Virus record (IMG/VR): IMGVR_UViG_3300013014_000028
From: an uncultured virus (IMG/VR IMGVR_UViG_3300013014_000028)
Lineage: Duplodnaviria; Heunggongvirae; Uroviricota; Caudoviricetes
Length of the DNA stretch: 64,000 nucleotides
Strand: one strand, 5' to 3'
The translations under genes were made by a program, and so were the position numbers. The notes beneath the pieces were generated by a model. That model saw only the letters and a program-made list of their open reading frames with translations. It had not been told where the DNA came from and did not search any database. This document shows, one piece after another, positions 49,394 to 59,171 of the stretch; the first letter of the stretch is position 1, and each line of letters starts with the position of its first letter.

Positions 49394-49423
49394 TAATTAT
49401 CCTCACTAAAATGACATCTGTCA

Positions 49424-49455
49424 TTTGACTAAAGTGATTTTATTGATTATATTTG
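49424..49455 (+). promoter_or_regulatory. Consensus Bacteroidota sigma-A promoter driving the replication block
   Basis: TTTG (49424-49427)-N20-TATATTTG (49448-49455) matches the -33 TTTG / -7 TAnnTTTG consensus. Confidence 0.75.
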
Positions 49456-49473
49456 TAATATAAATTTATAAAT

Positions 49474-50322
49474 ATGAATGCATTAGACGCTGTATTAGCA
49501 CAGTACGAAAAATCAAAACAATCGGGCGGGGCCCAAGGTAAGATGTCTCAGGACGAAAGAATGAAAAGGTATTTCGCTTTAATCTTAGGAGACAAAGAAA
49601 GTTCAGGACAAAGAAAGATTAGAATCCTGCCAACTTCAGATGGTTCTTCACCATTTAAGGAAGCTTGGTATCATGAAATCCAAGTTGGCGGTCAATGGCA
49701 GAAGTTCTATGACCCAGGAAAGAACGATAACGAACGTTCACCACTTAACGAAGTTTATGAAGAACTTATGTCCACAGGTAAAGAATCGGACAAAGAACTT
49801 GCAAAACAATACAAATCTCGTAAGTTTTATATTGTAAAAGTTATTGACCGTGATAACGAACAAGACGGACCAAAGTTTTGGAGATTCAAACACAACTATA
49901 AGAATGATGGTATCTTGGATAAAATCATTCCAATTTGGAGAAACAAGGGTGATATTACCGACGCATCAAAAGGTCGTGACCTTGTTATTGAATTGACCAA
50001 ATCTAAAACAGGTAAAGGTAAAGAATATACTACGGTATCAACAATTATGTATGACGACCCATGTCCTGTACATGAGGATAAAGTACAATCAGATGCTTGG
50101 GTAAATAATCCATTAACATGGTTGGATGTTTATTCTAAAAAACCAGTTGATTATCTTGAAGCAATTGCGAGAGGTGAAACTCCAAAATGGGATAGTGATA
50201 AGGGTGGATATGTTTACGGTGACAGTACTCAATCTGAAACATCTATCGGTGGAAAATCAACAAAGTCATCTTATGTTGACCCACAGGCGGAAGACGAACC
50301 AGACGAAAATTTACCATTTTAG
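49474..50322 (+). CDS. Single-stranded DNA-binding protein (T4 gp32-like)
   Basis: IRILP...PF...H, YIVKVIDR, GRDLVI, acidic tail ending DEPDENLPF. Confidence 0.85.
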   Translation: MNALDAVLAQYEKSKQSGGAQGKMSQDERMKRYFALILGDKESSGQRKIRILPTSDGSSPFKEAWYHEIQVGGQWQKFYDPGKNDNERSPLNEVYEELMSTGKESDKELAKQYKSRKFYIVKVIDRDNEQDGPKFWRFKHNYKNDGILDKIIPIWRNKGDITDASKGRDLVIELTKSKTGKGKEYTTVSTIMYDDPCPVHEDKVQSDAWVNNPLTWLDVYSKKPVDYLEAIARGETPKWDSDKGGYVYGDSTQSETSIGGKSTKSSYVDPQAEDEPDENLPF

Positions 50323-50328
50323 TATAAC

Positions 50329-50358
50329 GGGTGGGGGATAACCCCACCCTTAATTTTA
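50329..50358 (+). terminator. GC-rich hairpin after SSB (terminator or attenuator)
   Basis: GGGTGGGG-GATAA-CCCCACCC followed by TTAATTTT. Confidence 0.7.
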
Positions 50359-50362
50359 TCAT

Positions 50363-50653
50363 ATGACGTTTAAAGAAGAAATTGATTTACAATTAAGAGA
50401 TAATAAAATGTTGTCTTACGAAATATTAAGCCAACTAAAAGATAAGGGATACAAATCTGGTAGACCAAAACAAATAGGCGATACCGTTTTATTTGGAATG
50501 ATTGAAGAAGAAGACCAAGGAGATAAGTTTTTAAAACTAATAACCTTTCACGAAGAAGAGATTGGTGTTCTTTATGAAGAGAACAGTGGAGAGTACTCTA
50601 ATAAAAAATCTGATAAACTTCCAAGACTTAAAAAAATAGAAAATGGCGATTAA
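50363..50653 (+). CDS. Hypothetical protein
   Basis: 96-aa ORF overlapping the start of the recA-like gene. Confidence 0.65.
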   Translation: MTFKEEIDLQLRDNKMLSYEILSQLKDKGYKSGRPKQIGDTVLFGMIEEEDQGDKFLKLITFHEEEIGVLYEENSGEYSNKKSDKLPRLKKIENGD

Positions 50654-51632
50654 GAAAAAAGAGGGAACTACATCTTCAGGATTTAAAGATAAGTTTTCAA
50701 CTAAAACAAAATATAAAGAAACAAGTTATTATAACTGTGGTGAGGCATTCTTAAGTGCTTGTGGAATACTTGGTCCTGTAATGGGAGGTATTAATATGTT
50801 CTTGGGTCATAGTAACAGTTCTAAAACAACTGCAATGATATTGGCAGCTGCCGATGCTCAAAAGAAAGGACATCTACCTGTCTTTATTATTACCGAAAAG
50901 AAATGGAGTTGGGAACATGCGGTTGAGTTGGGTTTGCAGGCAAATAAAAATGAGGACGGTGAATGGGATGGTGATTTTATTTTTAATGACGGGTTTGATT
51001 ATATAGAACAAGTTACGGATTTTATAAATGAAGTTATTGATGCTCAGGAGAAAGGAGAGATTAAACAATCTATTTTATTTCTTTGGGATTCTGTTGGCTC
51101 AATTCCATGTAAAATGACTTTTGATGGTAAAGGAGGAAAGCAACATAATGCAGCAACACTTGCGGACAAAATTGGTATGGGAGTTCACTCAAGAATTTCT
51201 AAATCAAAAAAAGAAGATTACGCATATTATAATACATTAGTTGTTGTTAATCAGCCTTGGGTTGCTCTTCCTGATAATCCATTTGGACAACCAACAATTA
51301 AGGCGAAAGGTGGGGAAGCATTATGGTTAGCATCTTCATTAGTGTTTCTTTTTGGTAATCAGGCAAGTGCTGGTATTAATCACATCACAGCAACTAAAGG
51401 AGGAAGAACTGTCAGATACGCAATTAGGACCAAAATTTCAATCTTAAAGAATCACGTAAATGGTTTAGGTTATAGTGACGGTAAATTAATTGCTGTCCCA
51501 CAAGGATATATTGAAGATACTAAGGAGTCTTTGGAAAAATATAAGAAAGAATATTCCCAATATTGGAATGCTATACTTGGTGGTGATGGTGAAATCAAAC
51601 TTGATGAAAGTGATGATGAGATAACAGAATAG
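50643..51632 (+). CDS. recA: RecA/UvsX-like recombinase
   Basis: Walker A-like GHSNSSKTT, ITEKK, LFLWDSVGS (Walker B), VVNQ, KGGEAL, ILKNHV. Confidence 0.8.
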   Translation: MAIKKKEGTTSSGFKDKFSTKTKYKETSYYNCGEAFLSACGILGPVMGGINMFLGHSNSSKTTAMILAAADAQKKGHLPVFIITEKKWSWEHAVELGLQANKNEDGEWDGDFIFNDGFDYIEQVTDFINEVIDAQEKGEIKQSILFLWDSVGSIPCKMTFDGKGGKQHNAATLADKIGMGVHSRISKSKKEDYAYYNTLVVVNQPWVALPDNPFGQPTIKAKGGEALWLASSLVFLFGNQASAGINHITATKGGRTVRYAIRTKISILKNHVNGLGYSDGKLIAVPQGYIEDTKESLEKYKKEYSQYWNAILGGDGEIKLDESDDEITE

Positions 51633-51677
51633 CGTTTATTTAGAAACAATTTTTTATCACGAGTATAATTTTATAAA

Positions 51678-52682
51678 GTGGGTAAAACACTTTTAGTAGA
51701 CGGTAACAATTTATTTAAAATAGGGTTTCATGGTGTTAAGGAACTCTTTAACGACACTTCCCATGTTGGTGGAGTATATCACTTCATAAACACATTGAGA
51801 CGATTTTTGGAGGAGCACAATCACGACAAGGTGGTTGTGTTCTGGGACGGGGATTCTAATTCCTCTGCAAGAAAAAAAATATATCCACAGTACAAGGAGA
51901 ACAGAAGACTTAGTGATATGAATGACGAAAAGTACGATTCATATCTAACTCAAATGTCTCGTGTTAAAGAATACCTTGAAGAAGTATTTGTTAGACAAGT
52001 AGAAATGCATGATAACGAGGCTGATGACCTTATTTCATATTATTGTAAAATTGCCACAGACGAGAAAATTATTATATTTTCGGCGGATAAAGACTTAACA
52101 CAATTGATAAGTGAAACCGTAACCATATTCTCACCAATTAATAAGCAATATTATAAGATGGGAGATAAGATTACCATCAATAAAGTTGAAATACCACATC
52201 AAAATGTTCTTATTTGTAAAGTATTCACTGGTGATAAGTCAGATAATATTGATGGTATTGAAGGATTGGGTGAAAAAACATTAGTTAAATACTTTCCTGA
52301 ATTGCAGGAAAAATCCTGCACAATCCAAGAAATATTAGACAATGCACGAAATATCCCGCAAAAGAAACCAATTAAAAGTTTATCTAATATTTTGACTGGT
52401 AAAACAAAAAGCGGTATTCTTGGGGAAGAGTTCTATAATACCAACAAGAAAATTGTGGATTTACTAAACCCACTAATTACTGATGAAGGTAAAGAATTAG
52501 TGGAACAAATTCATAAAGACACAATAGACCCCACTGACAGAGGATATAAAAATCTAATGAGAATGATGGTTAAAGATGGGATGTTCAAGTTTCTTCCTAA
52601 GAATGATGAAGCTTGGGTAGATTTCCTTAGACCATTTATGAAACTGACAAGAAAAGAAAAAAGAAACACAAATAAAAATTAA
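51678..52682 (+). CDS. 5'-3' exonuclease / flap endonuclease (T4 RNase H-like)
   Basis: LLVDGNN, VFWDG, YKENR, EADDLI, SADKDLTQL, GDKSDNIDGIEGLGEKT. Confidence 0.9.
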   Translation: MGKTLLVDGNNLFKIGFHGVKELFNDTSHVGGVYHFINTLRRFLEEHNHDKVVVFWDGDSNSSARKKIYPQYKENRRLSDMNDEKYDSYLTQMSRVKEYLEEVFVRQVEMHDNEADDLISYYCKIATDEKIIIFSADKDLTQLISETVTIFSPINKQYYKMGDKITINKVEIPHQNVLICKVFTGDKSDNIDGIEGLGEKTLVKYFPELQEKSCTIQEILDNARNIPQKKPIKSLSNILTGKTKSGILGEEFYNTNKKIVDLLNPLITDEGKELVEQIHKDTIDPTDRGYKNLMRMMVKDGMFKFLPKNDEAWVDFLRPFMKLTRKEKRNTNKN

Positions 52683-52685
52683 ATT

Positions 52686-53138
52686 ATGAAAGAGCAAGAC
52701 ATCACAAAATTAGAATTCCTTTTAACTCTCAATGACAATTTTGTAGTACAAAGATTTTTTAATGTAAAAGGATTTAATCCTAAGGCAAAAAATTCAATAG
52801 AACTTTATGAATTTCTAAAAGATGTTTCTGATACATTAAAGTATGATTTGAAAATGAAAACAACTATCTACATGTTGGACAATAAAGATTCTATTATGTA
52901 TGACCCTTCAGTTATGGAAACATCTTTTACTGACGGACCTGAAGTTTTTAACATTTATATCAAATTGGGAGAACAAGTTATTTCTCATAGAACTTTTGAT
53001 GGAAAAATGTTTCCTCCAAAAGTTAGATATACCGTTGATGTAAGGTCATATTTGAAAGATTTATTAAGAGAGTTGACTGATATTTTTTCATCGCAAAAAT
53101 TAAATTTTAAGTATTTGGGGTACGACTTGAGTAAGTAA
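52686..53138 (+). CDS. Hypothetical protein in the replication block
   Basis: 150-aa ORF between the exonuclease and helicase genes. Confidence 0.7.
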   Translation: MKEQDITKLEFLLTLNDNFVVQRFFNVKGFNPKAKNSIELYEFLKDVSDTLKYDLKMKTTIYMLDNKDSIMYDPSVMETSFTDGPEVFNIYIKLGEQVISHRTFDGKMFPPKVRYTVDVRSYLKDLLRELTDIFSSQKLNFKYLGYDLSK

Positions 53139-53167
53139 ATATTTAATTAATATAGAGGTCTAAAATT

Positions 53168-54553
53168 ATGATGAAAAATTTTGAGTATTTAGGTAACACC
53201 TTTCAGCTTCAGCTGATAAATCAAATAGTTCTAGACAAGACCTTTTCCGGAGCAATTATAGATGTTTTAGAAAGTTCATATTTTGATAATAAGTACTTTA
53301 AAATTATCACACAGATGATTAAGGAATATCATAAAAAATATGAATCGTCACCATCTTTTGATACTCTTGAACAAATCGTAAAGTCTGAAATTTCACAAGA
53401 ACTTGTTTCTAAAATTGTTTTGGATACATTGAAACAAATTAAGGATGCACCTCTTGAAGGTTCAGTTTTTGTACAGGAAAGAGGTCTGAAGTTTTGTAAA
53501 CAACAAGAACTTCAGAAGGCAATGGAGAAGGCACAGAAAATTATCAACGAAGGAGACTTTGAATCATATGATAAAGTTGAAGGATTAATTAGAGAGGCTT
53601 TACAGGTTGGACAAATTGAGACTGGAACAGAAGATGTGTTTCAGAATCTTGAAACTGTGTTGGATGAAGATTATAGACACCCAATACCAATGGGTATTCA
53701 TGGAATAGATAATCTACTTAAGGGTGGTTTGGCTAAAGGTGAGATTGGTGTTATATTGGCACCTACAGGAGTAGGTAAAACTACAATTTTAACTAAGATT
53801 GCAAACACTGCATTTAACATGGGATATAATGTTCTTCAAATATTTTTTGAGGACAATCCAAAAATCGTACAAAGAAAACACTTTACGATATGGACGGGGA
53901 TTGAACCTGATAAATTGGCAAATCATAAAGAAGATGTTATCGCTAAAATAACCGAGATTCAGGAAACAATGAAGAATAAGTTAATTCTAAAAAAATTAGC
54001 TTCTGATACAATGACAATGAATCAGATTAAAAATCAGGTTAGAAAAATGATAGCAGATGGTAATAGAATTGATATGATTTTATTAGATTATATTGATTGT
54101 GTTTTACCTGAAAGTACATCTAAAGATGAATGGAAGGCAGAAGGTTCTGTGATGAGAGGTTTTGAATCTATGTGCCACGAATTGGATATCGCGGGATGGA
54201 CGGCGACTCAAGGAAATAGGGCATCAATTTCATCCGAAGTTGTAACTACAGACCAAATGGGTGGTTCTATTAAAAAGGCACAAGTGGGTCATGTAATTAT
54301 TACAGTTGCAAAAACATTACAACAAAAAGAAATGAACTTAGCAACAATCGCAATTACCAAGTCAAGGTTAGGAAAAGACGGAGTTGTGTTTGAAAATTGT
54401 AAATTTAACAATGAACTTCTTGAAATAGATACAGAAAGCTCTGTTACGTTCTTAGGATTTGAAGAACAGAAAGAAAAAAAAAATAGAGATAGGGTTAGAG
54501 AACTCTTGGAGAAGAGAAAACAAAAAGAGGAATCAAAAAAACAAACAAACTAA
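53168..54553 (+). CDS. dnaB: Replicative DnaB-family helicase (T4 gp41-like)
   Basis: GGLAKGEIGVILAPTGVGKT, ILLDYID, WTATQGNR, KSRLG. Confidence 0.9.
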   Translation: MMKNFEYLGNTFQLQLINQIVLDKTFSGAIIDVLESSYFDNKYFKIITQMIKEYHKKYESSPSFDTLEQIVKSEISQELVSKIVLDTLKQIKDAPLEGSVFVQERGLKFCKQQELQKAMEKAQKIINEGDFESYDKVEGLIREALQVGQIETGTEDVFQNLETVLDEDYRHPIPMGIHGIDNLLKGGLAKGEIGVILAPTGVGKTTILTKIANTAFNMGYNVLQIFFEDNPKIVQRKHFTIWTGIEPDKLANHKEDVIAKITEIQETMKNKLILKKLASDTMTMNQIKNQVRKMIADGNRIDMILLDYIDCVLPESTSKDEWKAEGSVMRGFESMCHELDIAGWTATQGNRASISSEVVTTDQMGGSIKKAQVGHVIITVAKTLQQKEMNLATIAITKSRLGKDGVVFENCKFNNELLEIDTESSVTFLGFEEQKEKKNRDRVRELLEKRKQKEESKKQTN

Positions 54554-54595
54554 ATATCTACTTTTTTTGAAAAAAACTTATTATTTTTAATTAAA

Positions 54596-54631
54596 TTTGT
54601 GGGTCGCTTATATTGCGACCCTATATTTATA
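54596..54631 (+). promoter_or_regulatory. RNR promoter with a GC-rich inverted repeat
   Basis: TTTG (54596), then GGGTCGC-TTATATT-GCGACCC (54601-54621), then TATATTTATA. Confidence 0.55.
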
Positions 54632-54674
54632 ATTAAAATCAACGATTTTTTAATAAAAAACAATAAAAGAAAAA

Positions 54675-56537
54675 ATGGAAATTTCAAACAAAATTTTGTC
54701 GGAAGTAACGGTGTACATGAAGTATGCTAAGTATATTCCCGAATTGAAGAGAAGAGAGACGTGGCAAGAGTTGGTCACAAGAAACATGGAAATGCACATC
54801 AAACATTATCCACAACTTGAAAAAGAGATTAGAGAGAACTACATCTATGTCTTTAATAAACAGGTTTTACCATCAATGAGGTCAATGCAGTTTGCGGGAA
54901 AACCTATTGAGATTTCACCGAACAGAATTTATAACTGCGCATTTGCGCCTATTGATGATTGGAGAGTATTCTCTGAAATAATGTTCTTATTGTTAGGCGG
55001 AACTGGAGTAGGGTATTCAGTTCAAAAACATCATGTTGAAGTTTTACCTGAGATTATGAAACCAAATAAAGAAAGGTCAAGAAGATGGTTGGTTGCGGAT
55101 TCTATTGAAGGATGGGCAGATGCTGTTAAGGCTATTGTTAAATCATATTTCTTTGGTGGTTCCCATATTGAATTTGATTTTAGTGATATTAGAGCAAAAG
55201 GTGCGAGATTGGTTACTTCAGGTGGTAAAGCTCCCGGACCTCAACCACTTAAAGAATGTCTTATCAAACTTGAGGGTATCCTTGATTCAAAAGAAAATGG
55301 TGAAAAATTAAAACCAATTGAAGTACATGATATGGTATGTCATATTGCAGATGCGGTATTGGCCGGCGGAATTCGCAGGGCGGCACTCATCTCGTTGTTC
55401 TCTGCAACAGATGACGAAATGATTGGTTGTAAGTCAGGTGCTTGGTGGGAGACAAATCCACAGAGAGGTAGGTCTAACAACTCAGCAGTATTACTTAGAC
55501 ACAAAATAACAAAAGACTACTTCATGGACCTTTGGAAGAGAATTGAAGCTAGCGGAGCTGGTGAACCCGGTATTTACTTAACTAACGATAAAGATTGGGG
55601 AACTAATCCTTGTTGTGAAATTGGTTTAAGACCATTTCAATTTTGTAATCTTACAGAGGTTAACGTATCAAACGTAGTATCTCAAGAAGATTATGAAGGT
55701 AGAGTTAGAGCAGCATCGTTTCTTGGAACCTTACAAGCAGGATATACTAACTTTCATTATCTTAGACCAATATGGCAGAGAACAACTGAAAAAGATGCGT
55801 TGATTGGAATTTCTATGACAGGTATTGGTTCAGGCGCTGTTTTGAAATTGGATATGAAAGCGGCATCTAAAGTAGTAAAAGAAGAAAATAAAAGAGTTGC
55901 AGAATTGCTTGATATCAATCCAGCGGCAAGAACAACTACAGTTAAACCTGCAGGAACAACATCATTAACTCTTGGTACATCATCAGGAATTCATGCTTGG
56001 CATAATGAATATTATGTTAGAAGAGTTAGGGTTGGTAAGAACGAAGCGATATATACTTACTTAAAAGAAAACCATCCTGAACTAGTTGAAGACGAGTATT
56101 TCAGACCACATGACACAGCTGTTATTGGTATCCCACAAAAAGCGCCAGAAGGTTCTATTTTAAGAAATGAATCACCAATTCAACTTCTTGAGAGAGTTAA
56201 GAAAGTTCATATGGAATGGATTAAACCAGGTCACAGAACAGGAAATAATTCTCACAATGTATCGGCAACTGTGTCTATTAGAGAACACGAATGGCCTGCA
56301 GTTGGTGAGTGGATGTGGGAAAATAGAGACCACTATAACGGACTATCAGTTCTACCATATGATGGTGGTAGTTATATACAAGCACCGTTTGAAGATTGTA
56401 CCAAAGAAAAGTATGACGAGTTAATGGAAACACTTCATGATGTTGATTTGTCTAACATTGTTGAAATGGACGATGACACAAATTTAAGTGGAGAAATTGC
56501 TTGTGCTGGTGGAGCATGTGAAGTAACATTAGTATAA
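54675..56537 (+). CDS. nrdJ: Class II (adenosylcobalamin-dependent) ribonucleotide reductase
   Basis: PSMR, YNCAF, GGIRRAA, GEPG, TNPCCEI, CNLTE, TTVKPAGT, C-terminal CAGGAC; no class I beta subunit nearby. Confidence 0.9.
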   Translation: MEISNKILSEVTVYMKYAKYIPELKRRETWQELVTRNMEMHIKHYPQLEKEIRENYIYVFNKQVLPSMRSMQFAGKPIEISPNRIYNCAFAPIDDWRVFSEIMFLLLGGTGVGYSVQKHHVEVLPEIMKPNKERSRRWLVADSIEGWADAVKAIVKSYFFGGSHIEFDFSDIRAKGARLVTSGGKAPGPQPLKECLIKLEGILDSKENGEKLKPIEVHDMVCHIADAVLAGGIRRAALISLFSATDDEMIGCKSGAWWETNPQRGRSNNSAVLLRHKITKDYFMDLWKRIEASGAGEPGIYLTNDKDWGTNPCCEIGLRPFQFCNLTEVNVSNVVSQEDYEGRVRAASFLGTLQAGYTNFHYLRPIWQRTTEKDALIGISMTGIGSGAVLKLDMKAASKVVKEENKRVAELLDINPAARTTTVKPAGTTSLTLGTSSGIHAWHNEYYVRRVRVGKNEAIYTYLKENHPELVEDEYFRPHDTAVIGIPQKAPEGSILRNESPIQLLERVKKVHMEWIKPGHRTGNNSHNVSATVSIREHEWPAVGEWMWENRDHYNGLSVLPYDGGSYIQAPFEDCTKEKYDELMETLHDVDLSNIVEMDDDTNLSGEIACAGGACEVTLV

Positions 56538-56543
56538 CAACCT

Positions 56544-56741
56544 ATGGAAAATACAGAAAAAAAAGATAGGGAGAAGAATAAACTTCTCCCTTCCTATTAT
56601 TACATTGAAGGAAAAATGATAGTCTTTACTGAAGACTATCATAAAGATAGAGGTCATTGTTGTGGGTCAGTAAATGGGTGCCGTCACTGTCCTTATGAAC
56701 CAAGAGGTGTAAAAGGAAATACCGCTTTATATGAAAAATAG
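56544..56741 (+). CDS. Small Cys-rich protein (DUF5522-like)
   Basis: FTEDYHKDRGHCCGS..GCRHCPY. Confidence 0.7.
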   Translation: MENTEKKDREKNKLLPSYYYIEGKMIVFTEDYHKDRGHCCGSVNGCRHCPYEPRGVKGNTALYEK

Positions 56742-56761
56742 TCTGCGTATATTTATGTAAT

Positions 56762-57232
56762 ATGGCAGATGGTACTACATATGGTTTATTTTTTCCATTT
56801 CAAGATTCAAGAAGGGGAAACTACTTAGCGCTAACTGAATATGAGTCGCAAGAAATAAGAGCAGACTTAATTCATTTACTGTTAACTAGAAAGGGCTCAC
56901 GATATTTTTTACCTGATTTTGGTACAAGATTATATGAATACATATTTGAACCATTTGATGGTTTAACGTTTAGTGCGATAGAGTCTGACGTTAGGGATTC
57001 TATATCACAATTTATGCCAAATTTAATTGTTAATAACATCTCTATTGAGCCAATATCATCTGAAGATGAGGTTAATGGAGATTTTAAAGGTACTATAGGT
57101 AGCACCTCACTTTATGATGTCTATAGGTTGCCAGGAAAAAACACGTATGAGTATACTGCTAAAATAAGAATAGACTATTCAACAGGAAATTCAGTTTTTT
57201 CTCAAAGTGATTTCGTTATTGTTAATATTTAA
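56762..57232 (+). CDS. Baseplate wedge protein gp25/GPW-like
   Basis: LIHLLLTRKGSRYFLPDFGTRLYEYIFEP. Confidence 0.9.
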   Translation: MADGTTYGLFFPFQDSRRGNYLALTEYESQEIRADLIHLLLTRKGSRYFLPDFGTRLYEYIFEPFDGLTFSAIESDVRDSISQFMPNLIVNNISIEPISSEDEVNGDFKGTIGSTSLYDVYRLPGKNTYEYTAKIRIDYSTGNSVFSQSDFVIVNI

Positions 57233-57238
57233 TACAAG

Positions 57239-59077
57239 ATGGCTAACAACAAAATATCATATACGGTCAGAGATTTTCAGGGAATAAGAGCGGAACTTCT
57301 TAATTATTCAAAAACATATTATCCTGATTTAATACAGGATTTTAATGACGCTTCTGTTTTCTCAGTTTTTTTAGATTTAAATGCTGCAATTGCAGAGAAC
57401 CTACATTATCATATAGATAGGAGTATACAAGAAACAGTTCTTCAATATGCTCAGCAAAGGTCTTCAATTTATAACATTGCAAGAACTTATGGTTTAAAGA
57501 TACCGGGTCAAAGACCAAGCGTTGCTTTAGTTGATTTTTCAATAACAGTTCCTGTCTTTGGAGATAAAGAAGATGAAAGATATTTGGGACAACTTGTAAG
57601 AGGTTCTCAAGTTAGTGGAGCGGGTATTGTGTTTGAAAATATTTACGATATTGATTTTACTTCTCCATATAATGCTCAAGGGTTTCCGAACAGATTAAAA
57701 ATACCAAATTTTAATACTAATGGGGTTCTCTTAAATTATACAATAACTAAAAGAGAACTTGTTGTTAATGGTATTACAAAAGTATTCAAAAGAGTAATAT
57801 CACCAAATGACGTGAGACCTTTCTTTGAATTATTTTTACCCGAAAAAAATGTTTTAGGTATTACTAGTGTCTTATTAAAGAACGGAACTGACTATACAAA
57901 TGTGCCAACAGTTGCAGAATTTCTTGGGGCTGATAACAGATGGCTTGAGGTTGATGCTTTGGCAGAAGATAGGATTTTTGTTGAAGACCCAACTAAAGTA
58001 TCCGACCAACCTGGAATTAAAGTCGGTAGATACATTCAAACTAATGATAGATTTATTTCAGAATATACACCTGAAGGATTTAAGAAAATGACTTTTGGTG
58101 GAGGAACAACATCGGCTCAAGACCAACTTAATATGTTTACTAATTTGGGAACACCTTTGAATATTCAAAATTATTTAAATAACTTTTCACTTGGCTCGGC
58201 ATTGGTTCCAAATTCAACTTTGTTTATTCAATATAGAGTTGGTGGTGGATTAGCAACAAATTTAGGTACAAATGTTATTAATCAAGTTGGTACAGTTAAT
58301 TTTTATGTTAACGGACCTTCAGAACTTACAAACTCTTCTGTTGTTAATTCTTTGAGATGTGTAAACGTGACAGCAGCAATTGGAGGAGCTAATCAGCCTT
58401 CCATAGAAGAAGTTAGAAACTATGTATCATTTAACTTTTCCGCACAAAAAAGAGCGGTAACGGTTCAAGATTATGAGGCGTTATTAAGAAACATGCCATC
58501 GCAATTTGGAGCACCTGCAAAAGTTTCTATTACAGAAAATGATAATAAAGTTCTTATTCAGATATTATCATATGATACTTCAGGTAAACTTACAAGTATT
58601 GTATCAAACACACTTAAACAAAATATTGCAAATTATTTATCTAATTATAGAATGTTGAATGATTATATTTCAATACAAACGGCACAGGTAATTGATGTGA
58701 GTGTTGAAGTTTCAATTGTACTACAAGCAACTCAAAATTCAGGACAAGTCATAACGGATGTTGTAAATAAAATATCTGATTACTTTAATCCTCTATTTAG
58801 ACAACTTGGTCAAAATATTTATTTATCTGAAATAAAAAGTATTGTACAAAATCAAGAAGGTGTTATAACTGTTTCTGGATTGAATATATATAATCAAGTG
58901 GGAGGTCAATATTCTTCGTTTGAAACATCAATGACATATGCCAATCAAGAAACAAGATTAATACAACCTGTTGATGATACAATTTTTGCGGAACCTGTTC
59001 AAGTCTATCAGGTAAGATATCCAACTAAAGATATTAAAGTGAGTGTAAAGAATTTCCAAACAGTAACATTCTCCTAA
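57239..59077 (+). CDS. Baseplate wedge protein gp6/baseplate J-like
   Basis: RDFQGIRAEL, SIYNIARTYG, FGGG, YRVGGG..TN, AIGGAN, AQKRAVTVQDY. Confidence 0.9.
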   Translation: MANNKISYTVRDFQGIRAELLNYSKTYYPDLIQDFNDASVFSVFLDLNAAIAENLHYHIDRSIQETVLQYAQQRSSIYNIARTYGLKIPGQRPSVALVDFSITVPVFGDKEDERYLGQLVRGSQVSGAGIVFENIYDIDFTSPYNAQGFPNRLKIPNFNTNGVLLNYTITKRELVVNGITKVFKRVISPNDVRPFFELFLPEKNVLGITSVLLKNGTDYTNVPTVAEFLGADNRWLEVDALAEDRIFVEDPTKVSDQPGIKVGRYIQTNDRFISEYTPEGFKKMTFGGGTTSAQDQLNMFTNLGTPLNIQNYLNNFSLGSALVPNSTLFIQYRVGGGLATNLGTNVINQVGTVNFYVNGPSELTNSSVVNSLRCVNVTAAIGGANQPSIEEVRNYVSFNFSAQKRAVTVQDYEALLRNMPSQFGAPAKVSITENDNKVLIQILSYDTSGKLTSIVSNTLKQNIANYLSNYRMLNDYISIQTAQVIDVSVEVSIVLQATQNSGQVITDVVNKISDYFNPLFRQLGQNIYLSEIKSIVQNQEGVITVSGLNIYNQVGGQYSSFETSMTYANQETRLIQPVDDTIFAEPVQVYQVRYPTKDIKVSVKNFQTVTFS

Positions 59078-59171
59078 TAAGTTTATTTATCTGAAATGGT
59101 TAGTACATTTATAATGGTGTTTTTACACTCTGTAAAAATTTGCCCTAAACTATTTATAGATTAAAGACCAA

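Noticed and set aside
54601..54635. NrdR box upstream of nrdJ
   Set aside because: Only a loose resemblance to acaCwAtATaTwGtg; the AT core is explained by the general TATATTTATA promoter motif.
17588..56537. Inteins or introns in polB, the helicase or nrdJ
   Set aside because: Lengths are ordinary, catalytic motifs are contiguous, and I saw no intein splice-junction or LAGLIDADG motifs.
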